This document shows, piece after piece, positions 1 to 10,182 of a stretch of DNA of 64,000 nucleotides (within the stretch, counting starts at the first letter, position 1; the number at the start of each line of letters is the position of its first letter). This DNA comes from Candidatus Uhrbacteria bacterium (GTDB taxonomy: Bacteria; Patescibacteriota; Patescibacteriia; JACQRZ01): NCBI GenBank assembly GCA_016206155.1, contig JACQSC010000002.1, positions 15,473 through 79,472 on the forward strand, in the 5' to 3' direction. Both the position numbers and the translations under genes were made by a program. Under the pieces are notes generated by a model. That model saw only the letters and a program-made list of their open reading frames with translations. It was not told the DNA's origin and ran no database searches.

Positions 1-95
1 TCCTCAGAGCATATTCCTTTGTTCTTTTTCTCAATTCGTTCTTATCCATAAAGTCTAAAGTTGAAAGTTGAAAGTTAATACGCTATAATCCTACC

Positions 96-1448
96 ATGAA
101 CACCAGCATCTTCAAAGCATACGACATTCGCGGTATTGTTCCATCAGAAATCAACGCGCAAACCGCGGTGCATATCGGCCGCGCGTTCGCAACCTTCCTT
201 CGGCGGGAAACCGGCAAGAAGCGGATTGCCATTGCGGTTGGACAGGACAATCGCGTCCACTCGCCTGAGTTATTTTCCGCGCTCGTTTCCGGCCTTGTTT
301 CCGCTGGTGCGGACGTTGTTGACATCGGCCTTGCGTCCACGCCATTTTTTTACTTCGCGGTTTCGCACCTTCGTCTCGATGGCGGAATCAACGTCACCGC
401 ATCGCACAATCCTCCTGAGTATAACGGTTTCAAATGCGTACGCAAAAACGCCGAACCAATCGGCGTTGAAACGGGCTTGCGTGAAATTCAAGCGCTGTTT
501 GAAAAAAGCAGCGCGCGCGTTAGTGTCCGGAACGTCATGGATGAATACATCCAAAAAAATCTCAAACTCGCGCCAGTCGGCGATTGGTCAGGGCTCCGCG
601 TCGCTATTGATACCGGCAACGGCGTCTCCGCGCTCATGATCAAAGATCTGATCGCCGCGACAGGGCTTGCGGTCATACCATTATATTTTGAACTCGACGG
701 CACGTTCCCCAATCACATGCCCAATCCACTCAAAGAAGAAAATATCGCCGCCTTAAAGAAAACCGTTGTCGACGAGAAGTGCTCATGTGGCATAGCGCTT
801 GACGCCGACGGTGACCGCTCAATTTTCATCAATGAAAAGGGAGACGTGGTTCCCTCGGATCTCTTGACGGCGCTTGTCGCCGGACTCTTGCTCAAAAAAA
901 ATCCCGGTGAAAAAATCTGCTATGACGCAACATCAAGCTGGACAACTCGCGAGGTCATCAAAGAGTGCGGAGGCGTCCCGATCATCTCGCGCGTAGGCCA
1001 TTCTTTTATCAAAGAAACAATGCGCAATGAACATATTCTGTTCGCCGGGGAGCGGAGCGGGCATTTCTATTTCCGCTTTAGCAACCTTGGCTATTTTGAA
1101 GCGCCGCTCCTTGTCATGATCGCGGTCCTCAACCACATGGCAGAGACCAACCAACCGCTTTCCACCATTATGGCGCCGTTGCAGCGCTATTTTGCAACCG
1201 GAGAAATAAATTTTGAAGTGCACGACAAAAGTGCGGCGATGAAAAAAGTTGAAGAGCGCTATGCTGATGCAAAAAGCGTTTCATATCTTGATGGCATCAC
1301 CGTGGAATATGACGATTGGTGGCTCAATCTTCGCCCATCAAACACCGAGCCGTTATTGCGGCTGAATCTCGAAGCGCGTACCGCTGAATTGCGCGACAGC
1401 AAACTCCGAGAGCTCACCGTGCTCATAACGAAGAATCAGGAATTATGA
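96..1448 (+). CDS. manB: Phosphomannomutase/phosphoglucomutase
   Basis: FKAYDIRG N-terminus, TASHNP phosphoserine motif, DADGDR metal loop, GERSGH and RPSNTEP motifs. Confidence 0.93.
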   Translation: MNTSIFKAYDIRGIVPSEINAQTAVHIGRAFATFLRRETGKKRIAIAVGQDNRVHSPELFSALVSGLVSAGADVVDIGLASTPFFYFAVSHLRLDGGINVTASHNPPEYNGFKCVRKNAEPIGVETGLREIQALFEKSSARVSVRNVMDEYIQKNLKLAPVGDWSGLRVAIDTGNGVSALMIKDLIAATGLAVIPLYFELDGTFPNHMPNPLKEENIAALKKTVVDEKCSCGIALDADGDRSIFINEKGDVVPSDLLTALVAGLLLKKNPGEKICYDATSSWTTREVIKECGGVPIISRVGHSFIKETMRNEHILFAGERSGHFYFRFSNLGYFEAPLLVMIAVLNHMAETNQPLSTIMAPLQRYFATGEINFEVHDKSAAMKKVEERYADAKSVSYLDGITVEYDDWWLNLRPSNTEPLLRLNLEARTAELRDSKLRELTVLITKNQEL

Positions 1449-1595
1449 ATCAAGAATTAAGCAAGAAAATGCAATCATTTACTGATTTCAGAGCATGGCT
1501 AGAAGGTCATGTGTTTGTTCTCATAAAATTACGAATGGCTTAATCAAGGGCACAAAAACAATCATTCGTAATTCTTAATTCGTAATTCATAATTC
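1433..1595 (+). mobile_element. Heptamer-flanked mini-element derived from a four-helix-bundle (TIGR02436-like) gene, copy A
   Basis: GAATYAN heptamers on the left and inverted TAATTCN heptamers on the right; the core encodes QSFTDFRAWLEGHVFVL and then, in another frame, HKITNGLIK; near-identical copy at 3431-3674. Confidence 0.7.
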
Positions 1596-1598
1596 TGC

Positions 1599-2411
1599 AT
1601 GACCATCGGCGTATTCGATTCTGGTATCGGGGGACTCACGGTGTTAAAGCACCTAGTGCGTGTGTTGCCTGAATACGACATGCTCTACCTGGGCGATAAT
1701 GCGCGGGCGCCCTACGGTGACCGATCCGCGGATCGCATATATGAGTTCACTCAGCAAGCGGTTGCTCATCTTTTTGAAGAAGGGTGCGCGCTGGTTATCC
1801 TTGCGTGCAACACCGCCTCATCCGAAGCTCTGCGCCGACTGCAACAAGAGTTCCTGCCGTCACACTTTCCCGACCGGCGGATCTTGGGCATTCTTATACC
1901 CGCGGCGGAACTCATTGAAAAAAAATACGCGCAGAAGAACATTGGCATTATCGGAACGCGCGCAACCGTGCAATCAAACGCGTATCTTCGCGAGATTGAA
2001 AAACGCGGCATGGCGCAAAAAAAAGTTACTCAAATCCCGTGCCCCCTATTAGTCCCATTGATTGAAGAGGGGTGGCAGGATACACCGCCCGGCCGGCAGA
2101 TCCTAAAAAAATACCTCTACCCGCTCAAGCAAAAACAGGTTGATGTTTTGGTCCTTGGCTGCACGCACTACGCGCTCATCAAGGATCGCGTTGCCCGAAT
2201 TATGGGAAAGAAGGTCGCCGTCATAGATACCGGATCCGCGGCGGCCGCATCATTAAAAAAATATCTATCCTGTCATCCCGAAATTGAAAAAACTCTCTCA
2301 AAAAACAGCGCCGTCCGCCTACTCTCAACCGATACGTCCGAGCGCATTTGCAGCCTCGTTCAGCGTTATTGGGGTAGCGCGCTGCCAATAGAACAAATTA
2401 CCCTTGAGTAA
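1599..2411 (+). CDS. murI: Glutamate racemase
   Basis: FDSGIGG, PYG, ACNTAS and LGCTHY motifs. Confidence 0.96.
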   Translation: MTIGVFDSGIGGLTVLKHLVRVLPEYDMLYLGDNARAPYGDRSADRIYEFTQQAVAHLFEEGCALVILACNTASSEALRRLQQEFLPSHFPDRRILGILIPAAELIEKKYAQKNIGIIGTRATVQSNAYLREIEKRGMAQKKVTQIPCPLLVPLIEEGWQDTPPGRQILKKYLYPLKQKQVDVLVLGCTHYALIKDRVARIMGKKVAVIDTGSAAAASLKKYLSCHPEIEKTLSKNSAVRLLSTDTSERICSLVQRYWGSALPIEQITLE

Positions 2412-2412
2412 T

Positions 2413-2437
2413 ATGTTCGACATCAGATGTCGAACAT
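2413..2437. repeat. Perfect palindrome between convergent murI and trpS
   Basis: ATGTTCGACATC-A-GATGTCGAACAT (12-bp arms). Confidence 0.6.
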
Positions 2438-2443
2438 TTGGTG

Positions 2444-3424
2444 TCACTCATAGAGACCGATGCGTCTTTTAATCATGATCATTTTTTTCTCAGCGTGCTT
2501 CTTCGCGCGCGATGCGCCATCGGCGAGAAGGGCGCGCAGATTATTCTCATCCCCTCGATACTGCCCATAGCGTTCCTGAACGGGTGCAAGAAACTCAATT
2601 AGGACTCTTGCAAGGCCATCCTTAAACTCTTTGTACCCTCCTTGGGCATACGCTTTTTCAATATCGGATATCGCTTGGCCAGAGAGCAGATGATAGATGG
2701 TCAAAAGATTGGCGAGCGCCGGTTTCTTCTTTGCGTCAAAGAGGATCTCGCGCCCCGAATCCGTTACGGCACGCTTGATTTTTTTCTTCACTAAGTCAGG
2801 CGTATCAGAAAGAGCGATATATCCATCGACCGATCCTGTCTTCTCCATTTTTTTAGCAGGGTTGTCTAGCGCCATAACGCGCGCGCCATGTTTCATGAGC
2901 ATGCTTTTAGGCACCGTGAACGTCTCGCCAAAACGCCCATTGAAGCGCCGCGCAAGCTCGCGCACAAGTTCAACGTGCTGTTTTTGGTCTTCGCCAACGG
3001 GTACGCCCTCAGTATCATAGAGAAGAATATCGGAAGCCATCAAGACGGGATAGTCAAACAAACCCATATTGATGTTGTCAGGGTTGCTCTTGCTCTTCTC
3101 TTTGAACTGGTGCATTGCTTTTAGCTCGGAAATTTTTGCAATGGTGTTCAGTATCCAGCCTAACTCCGCGTGCGCCGAAACGTGCGATTGCACAAAGAGC
3201 GTACTCTTCTTCGGGTCGAGACCAAGCGCGAGATACCATGCCGCCGCGTCAAGCGTGCGCCTCCGCAATTCGGAAGGGTCAATCGCTACGGTCAACGCGT
3301 GAAGATCGACAACGCAATAGATGCACTCATGCGCATCTTGCAGCGCTATCCATTGAGAGAGAGCGCCGATGTAATTGCCGAGATGCAGATCGCCGGATGG
3401 CTTGATGCCGGAAAAAATTCGCAT
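2444..3424 (-). CDS. trpS: Tryptophanyl-tRNA synthetase
   Basis: SGIKPSGDLHLGNYIG, YPVLMASDILLY, VPVGEDQKQH; KMEKT in place of KMSKS. Confidence 0.96.
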   Translation of the reverse strand: MRIFSGIKPSGDLHLGNYIGALSQWIALQDAHECIYCVVDLHALTVAIDPSELRRRTLDAAAWYLALGLDPKKSTLFVQSHVSAHAELGWILNTIAKISELKAMHQFKEKSKSNPDNINMGLFDYPVLMASDILLYDTEGVPVGEDQKQHVELVRELARRFNGRFGETFTVPKSMLMKHGARVMALDNPAKKMEKTGSVDGYIALSDTPDLVKKKIKRAVTDSGREILFDAKKKPALANLLTIYHLLSGQAISDIEKAYAQGGYKEFKDGLARVLIEFLAPVQERYGQYRGDENNLRALLADGASRAKKHAEKKMIMIKRRIGLYE

Positions 3425-3430
3425 AGGTTG

Positions 3431-3674
3431 GAATTAAGAATCAAGAATTACGAATTAAGAATTACGAATGATTGACTTCGTGCCCTTGATTAACCATTCG
3501 TAATTTTATGAGAACAAACACATGACCTTCTAGCCATGCTCTAAGATCAGTAAACGATTGTATCTTATTCCTGCTTAATTCTTGATTCATAATTCTTAAT
3601 TCTTCATTCTTGAGATCAGTAAACGATTGTATCTTATTCCTGCTTAATTCTTGATTCATAATTCTTAATTCTTC
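3431..3674 (-). mobile_element. Heptamer-flanked four-helix-bundle mini-element, copy B, with a 69-bp-period tandem duplication of its 5' end
   Basis: 49-nt core identical to copy A; duplicated unit starts at 3544 and 3613. Confidence 0.7.
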
Positions 3675-3720
3675 GTACTATACAGAGTAGATAATAATAG
3701 AGCGCCAACGCCTCCTTAGA

Positions 3721-5556
3721 TTAAACCTTGATAATCACCGGCAATACCATCGGCCGTTTCTCAGTGCGTTTGAATAGAAGCAATCCGACATCATCGCGAA
3801 TACGGTTGCGCACCGGCGACCAATTCTCAACATCATTGCAGGTATATCCGTCAACAAGCTTGCGCACCATACCGCGCACTTCGGCGATCAAGCGCTCGGA
3901 TGTCTTAACATAGACGAATCCGCGAGAAATAATATCGGGAGATCCCACAAGCTTTCCGTCCTTGTCAACGGCGGCAATAACCACAACCATGCCATCTTGT
4001 GCCAACACCTTGCGCTCACGCAGGACAACGTGCTCAATATCGCCAACGCCCAACCCATCAACCATCACGTTGTCAACTTTAATTTTTTCAGGGCTGATGC
4101 GTGCCGTTCCCGTCTGATCAAATTCAATTATCGTTCCGATGCCGATAACAAAAAGCGATCGGTCGTCCCACCCCATGGTTCGTGCGAGCTCGGCGTGGTG
4201 CACAAGCATATATCGCTCGCCGTGGATCGGCATAAAGTATCGCGGACGAACCAATCCAAGCATCAACTTCAGCTCCTCGCGATATCCGTGGCCCGAGGTG
4301 TGCACGTCAAACATCTTGTTATAAATCACGTTTGCGCCAAGGGTGTACAACTCGTTCATGAGATTGGTCACCGCACGCTCATTGCCCGGAATCGGCGAAG
4401 ATGAAAGGATGATCGTATCCTTGGGCTGAATCTTCACGTGCTTATGTTCGCCTTTTGACATCCGCACCAACGATGATGTCTCCTGTCCCTGGCTTCCGGT
4501 AGACAAAATAACGACGCGCTCATCGGGAACGTTCCTCAGTTGGTCAATTTTTATCAGCGTTCCGCGCGGCATTTTCAAATATCCCAAGTTTGCGGCGGTG
4601 GTGAGCACTTTTTCCATACTCATACCAGACACTGCCACTTTACGATTCAGATCAACGGCGGCATTGATAACTTGCTGAATGCGACTGATGAGGGAGGAAA
4701 ACGTGGAGACGATAATACGGCCCGGGGCCTTTGCGAGAAGAGATTCAAGGTTTGCTTGAATGTCTTTCTCAGACTGACAATATCCCGGCACCTCCGCGCG
4801 CGTGCTATCAGAACACAACAACAACACTCCCTCTTCGCCGAGCCTGGCAATTTTCCCAAACTCTGTCGGACGCTGATCCTGCGGAGTGTGGTCAAACTTC
4901 CAGTCACCGGTATGGATAATGGTGCCAACCGGCGTGCGCACCGCAACGCCAACGCTATCGGGAATATTGTGGTTGACACGGAAAAAGTTGAGGCGAAAAA
5001 CGCCCAGCTGCAATGAGTCATCAGGATGAACCTCGATACAGCGCACATGGCGCGTCAAATTAAACTCTTCCAGTCGGTCACGAAGCATGCCAAGCGTCAA
5101 ACGGGTGCCATAGACCGGCGGAGACCCAATATCCTTAATAAGATAGGGAATGGCCCCCATGTGGTCGAGATGGCCATGCGTGATGATAATACCTTTCAAT
5201 TTTCCCTTGTGCTGTTTGAGATACGACGTATCGGGAATGACAAAGTCAATGCCTGGCATGTTCTCGGTGGGGAACATGACACCCATATCAATCACGACAG
5301 CGTCATTGCCATATTCAATGACCATCATATTACGACCAAACTCCCCGATCCCCCCAAGCGGAATCACGCGCAATTTGGCGTGGTCCAAGCGCGGCGCGCC
5401 TCTGCGACCGAGGCCTGATTGCCGTGGCACCCGGGTGCGCGAAACCACTTTTGGCCGCCCATATCCCCGCAATCGCGAGGACGCGTTTGATAATGATGCG
5501 CTTCTCGTCGCTACGGCGAGAGAGGCCGCTGGTTCAGAAACATGTTGTGCTTCCAT
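3721..5556 (-). CDS. rnj: Ribonuclease J
   Basis: PLGGIGEFGRNM, THGHLDH, HTSGHG, PIHGE, RPMVLPVI; start taken at MEAQH. Confidence 0.95.
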   Translation of the reverse strand: MEAQHVSEPAASLAVATRSASLSNASSRLRGYGRPKVVSRTRVPRQSGLGRRGAPRLDHAKLRVIPLGGIGEFGRNMMVIEYGNDAVVIDMGVMFPTENMPGIDFVIPDTSYLKQHKGKLKGIIITHGHLDHMGAIPYLIKDIGSPPVYGTRLTLGMLRDRLEEFNLTRHVRCIEVHPDDSLQLGVFRLNFFRVNHNIPDSVGVAVRTPVGTIIHTGDWKFDHTPQDQRPTEFGKIARLGEEGVLLLCSDSTRAEVPGYCQSEKDIQANLESLLAKAPGRIIVSTFSSLISRIQQVINAAVDLNRKVAVSGMSMEKVLTTAANLGYLKMPRGTLIKIDQLRNVPDERVVILSTGSQGQETSSLVRMSKGEHKHVKIQPKDTIILSSSPIPGNERAVTNLMNELYTLGANVIYNKMFDVHTSGHGYREELKLMLGLVRPRYFMPIHGERYMLVHHAELARTMGWDDRSLFVIGIGTIIEFDQTGTARISPEKIKVDNVMVDGLGVGDIEHVVLRERKVLAQDGMVVVIAAVDKDGKLVGSPDIISRGFVYVKTSERLIAEVRGMVRKLVDGYTCNDVENWSPVRNRIRDDVGLLLFKRTEKRPMVLPVIIKV

Positions 5557-5645
5557 GAAATAATGCTTTACAGCGTTATAAATAATACAGCTTTGATAGT
5601 AATCGACCATCAAAAGCCAGAATAATAGTTAAAGAAAATAGCAAT

Positions 5646-5729
5646 TGCCGCGGGTGGGACTCGAACCCACACATCCTTGCGAACACATGGCCCTGAACCA
5701 TGCGCGTCTACCAGTTTCGCCACCGCGGC
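5646..5729 (-). tRNA. tRNA-Leu(CAG)
   Basis: Cloverleaf GCCGCGG...CCGCGGCA, anticodon arm CATGG-TTCAGGG-CCATG, long variable arm. Confidence 0.95.
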
Positions 5730-5736
5730 ATAGATA

Positions 5737-7503
5737 TCAACGCTTCCATTGACGCTTCGATGTAATATACCACTTCGCGCTATCGCTAAAACGATCCGCG
5801 GGATAGGCAATGCGCCTATGATCAGAAACGCCCTTAATCTTTTTGCTCATCATCATACTGTGCGTTGGCGCGTAGAGAAAGATTGCCGGCATCTCCCGCG
5901 CAAGTATGTCCTGAAATGTTCGATAGAGCTCCGCTCGCTTTGGAGCATCTGCGGTTACACGAGCGTTTTCGAGCAATGCGTCCGCCTCCTTGTTGGCAAA
6001 CTTTGAAAGATTCAATCCCGGCGCATTCGCCTGTGATGAATGCCAAAATGGATACAGGTCCGGATCAGAGCCCACAACCGCTCCATATAAAAGTATATCG
6101 TATTTTCGGGGATTCAGCACGAGCTCCTTCATTGTTCCTTGCGGCTCGTAGGTCAATGCCACCGTTATACCCATACGCTCCCACATTTCCTTGATGATTT
6201 CGGCAATGCGCGCGCGCTCTGGCGTATCGACGGTCGCCAATTCAAGAATGAGTCCGCGCTTTCCTTCTTCATCCTTTTTCAATCCGGCTTCATCAAGCAG
6301 TTCCTCGGCTCGCTTTATATCATAGGGATACTTTTTTATATCGGCATGATACCCCAAAAGTCCCTCGGGGATTGCCGAATGAATCACGCTTCCCTCGCCG
6401 GCCACACCCTCCAAAACCAGTTGTTCTTTATCAAGCGCGAGCGCCAGCGCGCTGCGTACCGGCGCGCGTGCAAGCTCTTTTTTCCCTTCGTTGTTGATGA
6501 ACAGCGCGGTATATTGCGGTAGTGAAAGGCTATACGAATAAAGTCCCCCCTCGCGAGAAAGCGTTTCTCTAAATTCGCGCGGCACGAAGCTCACTCCTTG
6601 TACGTGACCATTCTTCAAGCCCTGGACCGCTGTCTGCATATCGGGATAAAACTTAAATATGAACTTTTCGATATGCGGCTTCTCGCCATAAAAAGTATCG
6701 TTGCGCGAGAGCGTATACGAACGAATTGTGCCGTCTTTTTCTTTTTGGAGGGAGCGGAATTTCCACGGACCGGTACCGACCGGCTTTATGTTCAGCGCCG
6801 AAAGAGGAAACTGTTCATTGGATAGCTCCCGCCACAGATGCTCTGGCAGAATAGGGAGGGTGGCGAGATCCAAAAATGGCGCGAACGGCTTTTGAAGCGT
6901 AAATACAACCGTTCTGGAATCCGTTTTTTTTACGGTGATATCTTTGTAGCTGGCGTAGAGCGTGCTTTTTATATCAGTATCCTGCACTTTTGCCATGGTG
7001 AAAAGAACGTCTTGCGCGGTAAATGGCTCCCCGTCATGCCACGTCACTCCCTCGCGCAGGATAAAGGTATACTCTTTCTGATCATCGGAAATCTTCACTC
7101 CCTCGGCCAAGTCGGGAACAAGCTTGCGATCCGGAGTATAATGCATCAAGCCTGAATATACGAGACCAACAAGATCGCGGTCACTATCGTTCGTCAGGAG
7201 GAAAAGAGGATTGATCGCGCTTGGTGATCCCACCAGCCCCTCGCTGTACGTTCCTCCAGACCGCGGCACCTCAACGGTCAACGCCTGATACGCTTTTCCC
7301 GAAAGAAAAACAGCATTGATAAGCACAATAATTCCGAGAACCTGCACCAGACGATATTCTCGCCGAGAAAGAATCCGATGTAGATATTTCAGCTTGCGTA
7401 GTGAAAAATTTTTCTTCCCGGAGAGCGATCCAGCGAGCTGAACGTCAAGCGTCACGTGCGAGGTGTCTCGATTTCTCCAGAACTGTGGTGAAAAAAATGA
7501 CAT
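5737..7503 (-). CDS. Peptide ABC transporter substrate-binding protein (family 5)
   Basis: N-terminal TM, PDLAE, YTFILREGVTWHDGEPFTAQDV, PVGTGPW. Confidence 0.88.
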   Translation of the reverse strand: MSFFSPQFWRNRDTSHVTLDVQLAGSLSGKKNFSLRKLKYLHRILSRREYRLVQVLGIIVLINAVFLSGKAYQALTVEVPRSGGTYSEGLVGSPSAINPLFLLTNDSDRDLVGLVYSGLMHYTPDRKLVPDLAEGVKISDDQKEYTFILREGVTWHDGEPFTAQDVLFTMAKVQDTDIKSTLYASYKDITVKKTDSRTVVFTLQKPFAPFLDLATLPILPEHLWRELSNEQFPLSALNIKPVGTGPWKFRSLQKEKDGTIRSYTLSRNDTFYGEKPHIEKFIFKFYPDMQTAVQGLKNGHVQGVSFVPREFRETLSREGGLYSYSLSLPQYTALFINNEGKKELARAPVRSALALALDKEQLVLEGVAGEGSVIHSAIPEGLLGYHADIKKYPYDIKRAEELLDEAGLKKDEEGKRGLILELATVDTPERARIAEIIKEMWERMGITVALTYEPQGTMKELVLNPRKYDILLYGAVVGSDPDLYPFWHSSQANAPGLNLSKFANKEADALLENARVTADAPKRAELYRTFQDILAREMPAIFLYAPTHSMMMSKKIKGVSDHRRIAYPADRFSDSAKWYITSKRQWKR

Positions 7504-7510
7504 ACCCTGA

Positions 7511-7543
7511 TCGTAACTCGTAACTCGTAACTCGTAACTCGTA
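7511..7543. repeat. Heptamer tandem repeat (TCGTAAC)n
   Basis: Four complete units plus a partial unit. Confidence 0.85.
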
Positions 7544-7576
7544 CGAATGCTATTCAGGAAATATCAGTATGTTCTA

Positions 7577-7795
7577 TTATGCCAAAAATATGCGCGCAAG
7601 CGAAGATGCGAAAAAAATGATAGCAACACCGATAGTAACCATGAAAAGAATCTTTTCTACACCACGCTTTGCGCGATAGACGTTTCCCTCCCCGCCGAAT
7701 GCGCCCGAAAGGCCGGTACCACGTTGCTGCAGCAGAATACAAACAATCAGGAGGAGTCCGCTCACTGCCTGAATAATGGTCAATACTTGAATCAT
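7577..7795 (-). CDS. secG: Preprotein translocase subunit SecG
   Basis: ILLQQRGTGLSGAFGG...RGVEK, two TM helices. Confidence 0.92.
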   Translation of the reverse strand: MIQVLTIIQAVSGLLLIVCILLQQRGTGLSGAFGGEGNVYRAKRGVEKILFMVTIGVAIIFFASSLARIFLA

Positions 7796-7854
7796 GCCTT
7801 TTAGGGAATAGGTTTTAGGGAATAGTGACTAGTATAGGGCAAACGCTGAAAATG

Positions 7855-8754
7855 TCAACCCAAACGCTCGCCATCCATGCCCCGCAGACGCGCAATGCGA
7901 TCCTCAATCGGCGGATGCGTCGAGAAAAGGCGCATCATCCAATCTTTTGATCCCTTGAACGGATTTGAAAAATACAGGTGCGCGGTCGCGTGATTGGCGT
8001 GCACGAGAGGCCGTGTCTCTTGTCCGATCTTCTCAAGCGCTACGGCAAGCCCCTCGGGGTACCGCGTCGCCAGTGCGCCTGATGCGTCAGCCAAATATTC
8101 TCGCTGGCGGGAGACGGCAAGTTTAATCAACTCTGCAATAACCGGCGCAAGAATCATGAGCGCGAGGCCAATGATGAGCAGTGCGGGATGTCCGCCTTTT
8201 CCCCGATCATTATTTCCGCCAAAAAATTGCGCGCGAAACAACCAATCAGACAACAATACAATAACGCCAACCAGCACGACAACGATCGTCATGACCAATA
8301 TATCATAGTTCTTGACGTGGGAGAGTTCATGGGCGAGCACACCCTCGAGCTCCTCGTTCTCAAGTTTTTGAATCGCACCCGTAGTTACCGCAACAGAAGC
8401 ATGACGAGGATCTCGTCCCGTTGCAAATGCATTGATCGCCGGATCGTCGATGATATACAGCGCCGGCATGGGAAGGCCTTGGGCGATACAGAGATTTTCA
8501 ATCATGTTCCACGCATAGGGATTTTCATCTCTTGATGAAACCCGTTTTGCTCCCGATGAAGCAAGAGCAATCTTGTCGCCCGAGTAATAGGAAACAAGGG
8601 TCATAATCAAAGAAAGCGCGACGGCAGGCACAACGCCATACCATGGTGAACCGTAGAGATACCCAAAAATCGCTCCAATCCCCCAGATAATGAGGGTAAA
8701 AAGCGCGATAAGAAAAAATGTCTTTCGCTTGTTTGCGGTAATCTGATTATACAT
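7855..8754 (-). CDS. htpX: Zinc metalloprotease HtpX (M48)
   Basis: NAFATG, HELSH, SRQREYLAD, STHPP. Confidence 0.93.
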   Translation of the reverse strand: MYNQITANKRKTFFLIALFTLIIWGIGAIFGYLYGSPWYGVVPAVALSLIMTLVSYYSGDKIALASSGAKRVSSRDENPYAWNMIENLCIAQGLPMPALYIIDDPAINAFATGRDPRHASVAVTTGAIQKLENEELEGVLAHELSHVKNYDILVMTIVVVLVGVIVLLSDWLFRAQFFGGNNDRGKGGHPALLIIGLALMILAPVIAELIKLAVSRQREYLADASGALATRYPEGLAVALEKIGQETRPLVHANHATAHLYFSNPFKGSKDWMMRLFSTHPPIEDRIARLRGMDGERLG

Positions 8755-8807
8755 AAAAGCAGTTCGTAGTTCGTAGTTCTTCTTTCTGCGAACTCATCAA
8801 CCACGAA

Positions 8808-9371
8808 CTAAAACGCTATCTTGACTGGTTCTTTTGCCGCACCTTCGGTTAATTCAAAAAACTGCCGAGCAAAAAACCCGAGCATCCCCGCAATCACCGA
8901 GTTTGGAAACTGCTGAATCGCGGTATTGAAATCTCGAACATTCGTATTATAGAAGCGACGCGCCGCCTGAACCTTGTTCTCCGTATCAGAAAGCTCGTCC
9001 TGAAGGCGGAGAAAGTTCTGTGATGCTTTCAAATCAGGATAGTTTTCCGCGACGGCAAAAATGCTCTTGAGCGCTTCTGTCAGCATATTCTCCGCTTTTG
9101 CATGATCCTGCACCGATTGGGCGCCCATCGCCGCGACGCGCGCCTGTGTGACTGCCTCAAGCGTGCCGCGCTCGTGTTGCATGTAGCCCTTTACCGCTTC
9201 TACTAAATTCGGAATAAGGTCATAGCGTCGCTTCAACTGGACATCAATATCAGACCACGATTCGTCAACGCGATTGCGCCGTGTGATAAGACCGTTGAAC
9301 GTTGCGATGCCCCAGAGAATGACAACACCAAGAATAATGAGGATAATAATCAACAATTGGTCCATATACAT
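8808..9371 (-). CDS. lemA: LemA family protein
   Basis: IDVQLKRRYDLIPNLV, AENYPDLKAS, ARRFYN. Confidence 0.95.
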   Translation of the reverse strand: MYMDQLLIIILIILGVVILWGIATFNGLITRRNRVDESWSDIDVQLKRRYDLIPNLVEAVKGYMQHERGTLEAVTQARVAAMGAQSVQDHAKAENMLTEALKSIFAVAENYPDLKASQNFLRLQDELSDTENKVQAARRFYNTNVRDFNTAIQQFPNSVIAGMLGFFARQFFELTEGAAKEPVKIAF

Positions 9372-9449
9372 TTATGTTATGTCCTTATAATATAAGTATA
9401 GCACGATTTCCAGTTTGTGTAAATAGTGTCAATACGCTACTATTATTAT

Positions 9450-10115
9450 ATGTCCACCCAACAGCTGTTCGCCTTTCTTGGTTCTTTAATTGTTATCCTC
9501 GGCATCGGGGGGTTTTTGACATTTCAGGATCGCATCCTTCCGGGCAAGAATCCTTCTGCCACGTCAGCACGGAAAAACGCGAGCACACCAATCGATGGAG
9601 CGATTCAATCTTCGGATGCGGTGACAATAGGGCCAGATCAGGCAACCGTTACCGTCGTCGAATTTATAGACTTTCAGTGTCCGTTTTGCCGCGCCGCACA
9701 TCCGACGCTGGCGCGCATCATGGATGAATATAAGGATAGACCCGTGCGGTTTATGTTCCGCCATTTTCCAATTATCTCCATTCATCCGCTCGCGCTACCC
9801 GCATCCAACGCGTCGCTGTGCGCCAATGAGCAAAAACAATTCCTCCCCTACTACGACATTCTCTACACGCGCCAAGACGAAATCTCTCTTGCAAACCTCG
9901 TCATCTTTGCAGAAAGTCTCGGCCTTAATCTCAGGCAGTTTAACGCCTGCCTTGCTGAAAAACGATACGAATCGTTGATTCGCCAGGACGTGCGCGACGG
10001 CTTGAATCTGGGCCTTGAAGGAACGCCGACATGGTTTATCAACGACACGCGGCTAGTCGGCGCCGTGCCGTATGAAAAACTAAAAGAAGCGATAGAACAA
10101 GAACTGAAAAAATAA
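9450..10115 (+). CDS. Membrane-anchored DsbA-family oxidoreductase
   Basis: DFQCPFC, RHFP, GTPTWFIN; N-terminal TM. Confidence 0.9.
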   Translation: MSTQQLFAFLGSLIVILGIGGFLTFQDRILPGKNPSATSARKNASTPIDGAIQSSDAVTIGPDQATVTVVEFIDFQCPFCRAAHPTLARIMDEYKDRPVRFMFRHFPIISIHPLALPASNASLCANEQKQFLPYYDILYTRQDEISLANLVIFAESLGLNLRQFNACLAEKRYESLIRQDVRDGLNLGLEGTPTWFINDTRLVGAVPYEKLKEAIEQELKK

Positions 10116-10182
10116 TCCCCCCTCTCTTCCTTTTTTCTGAACGGTGCTGTATACTGTCCCAAACATCACTTTGGAGTGTGTG

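Noticed and set aside
3462-3659. 65-aa ORF with an internal repeat
   Set aside because: It is a by-product of the duplicated mini-element and not a complete four-helix-bundle gene.
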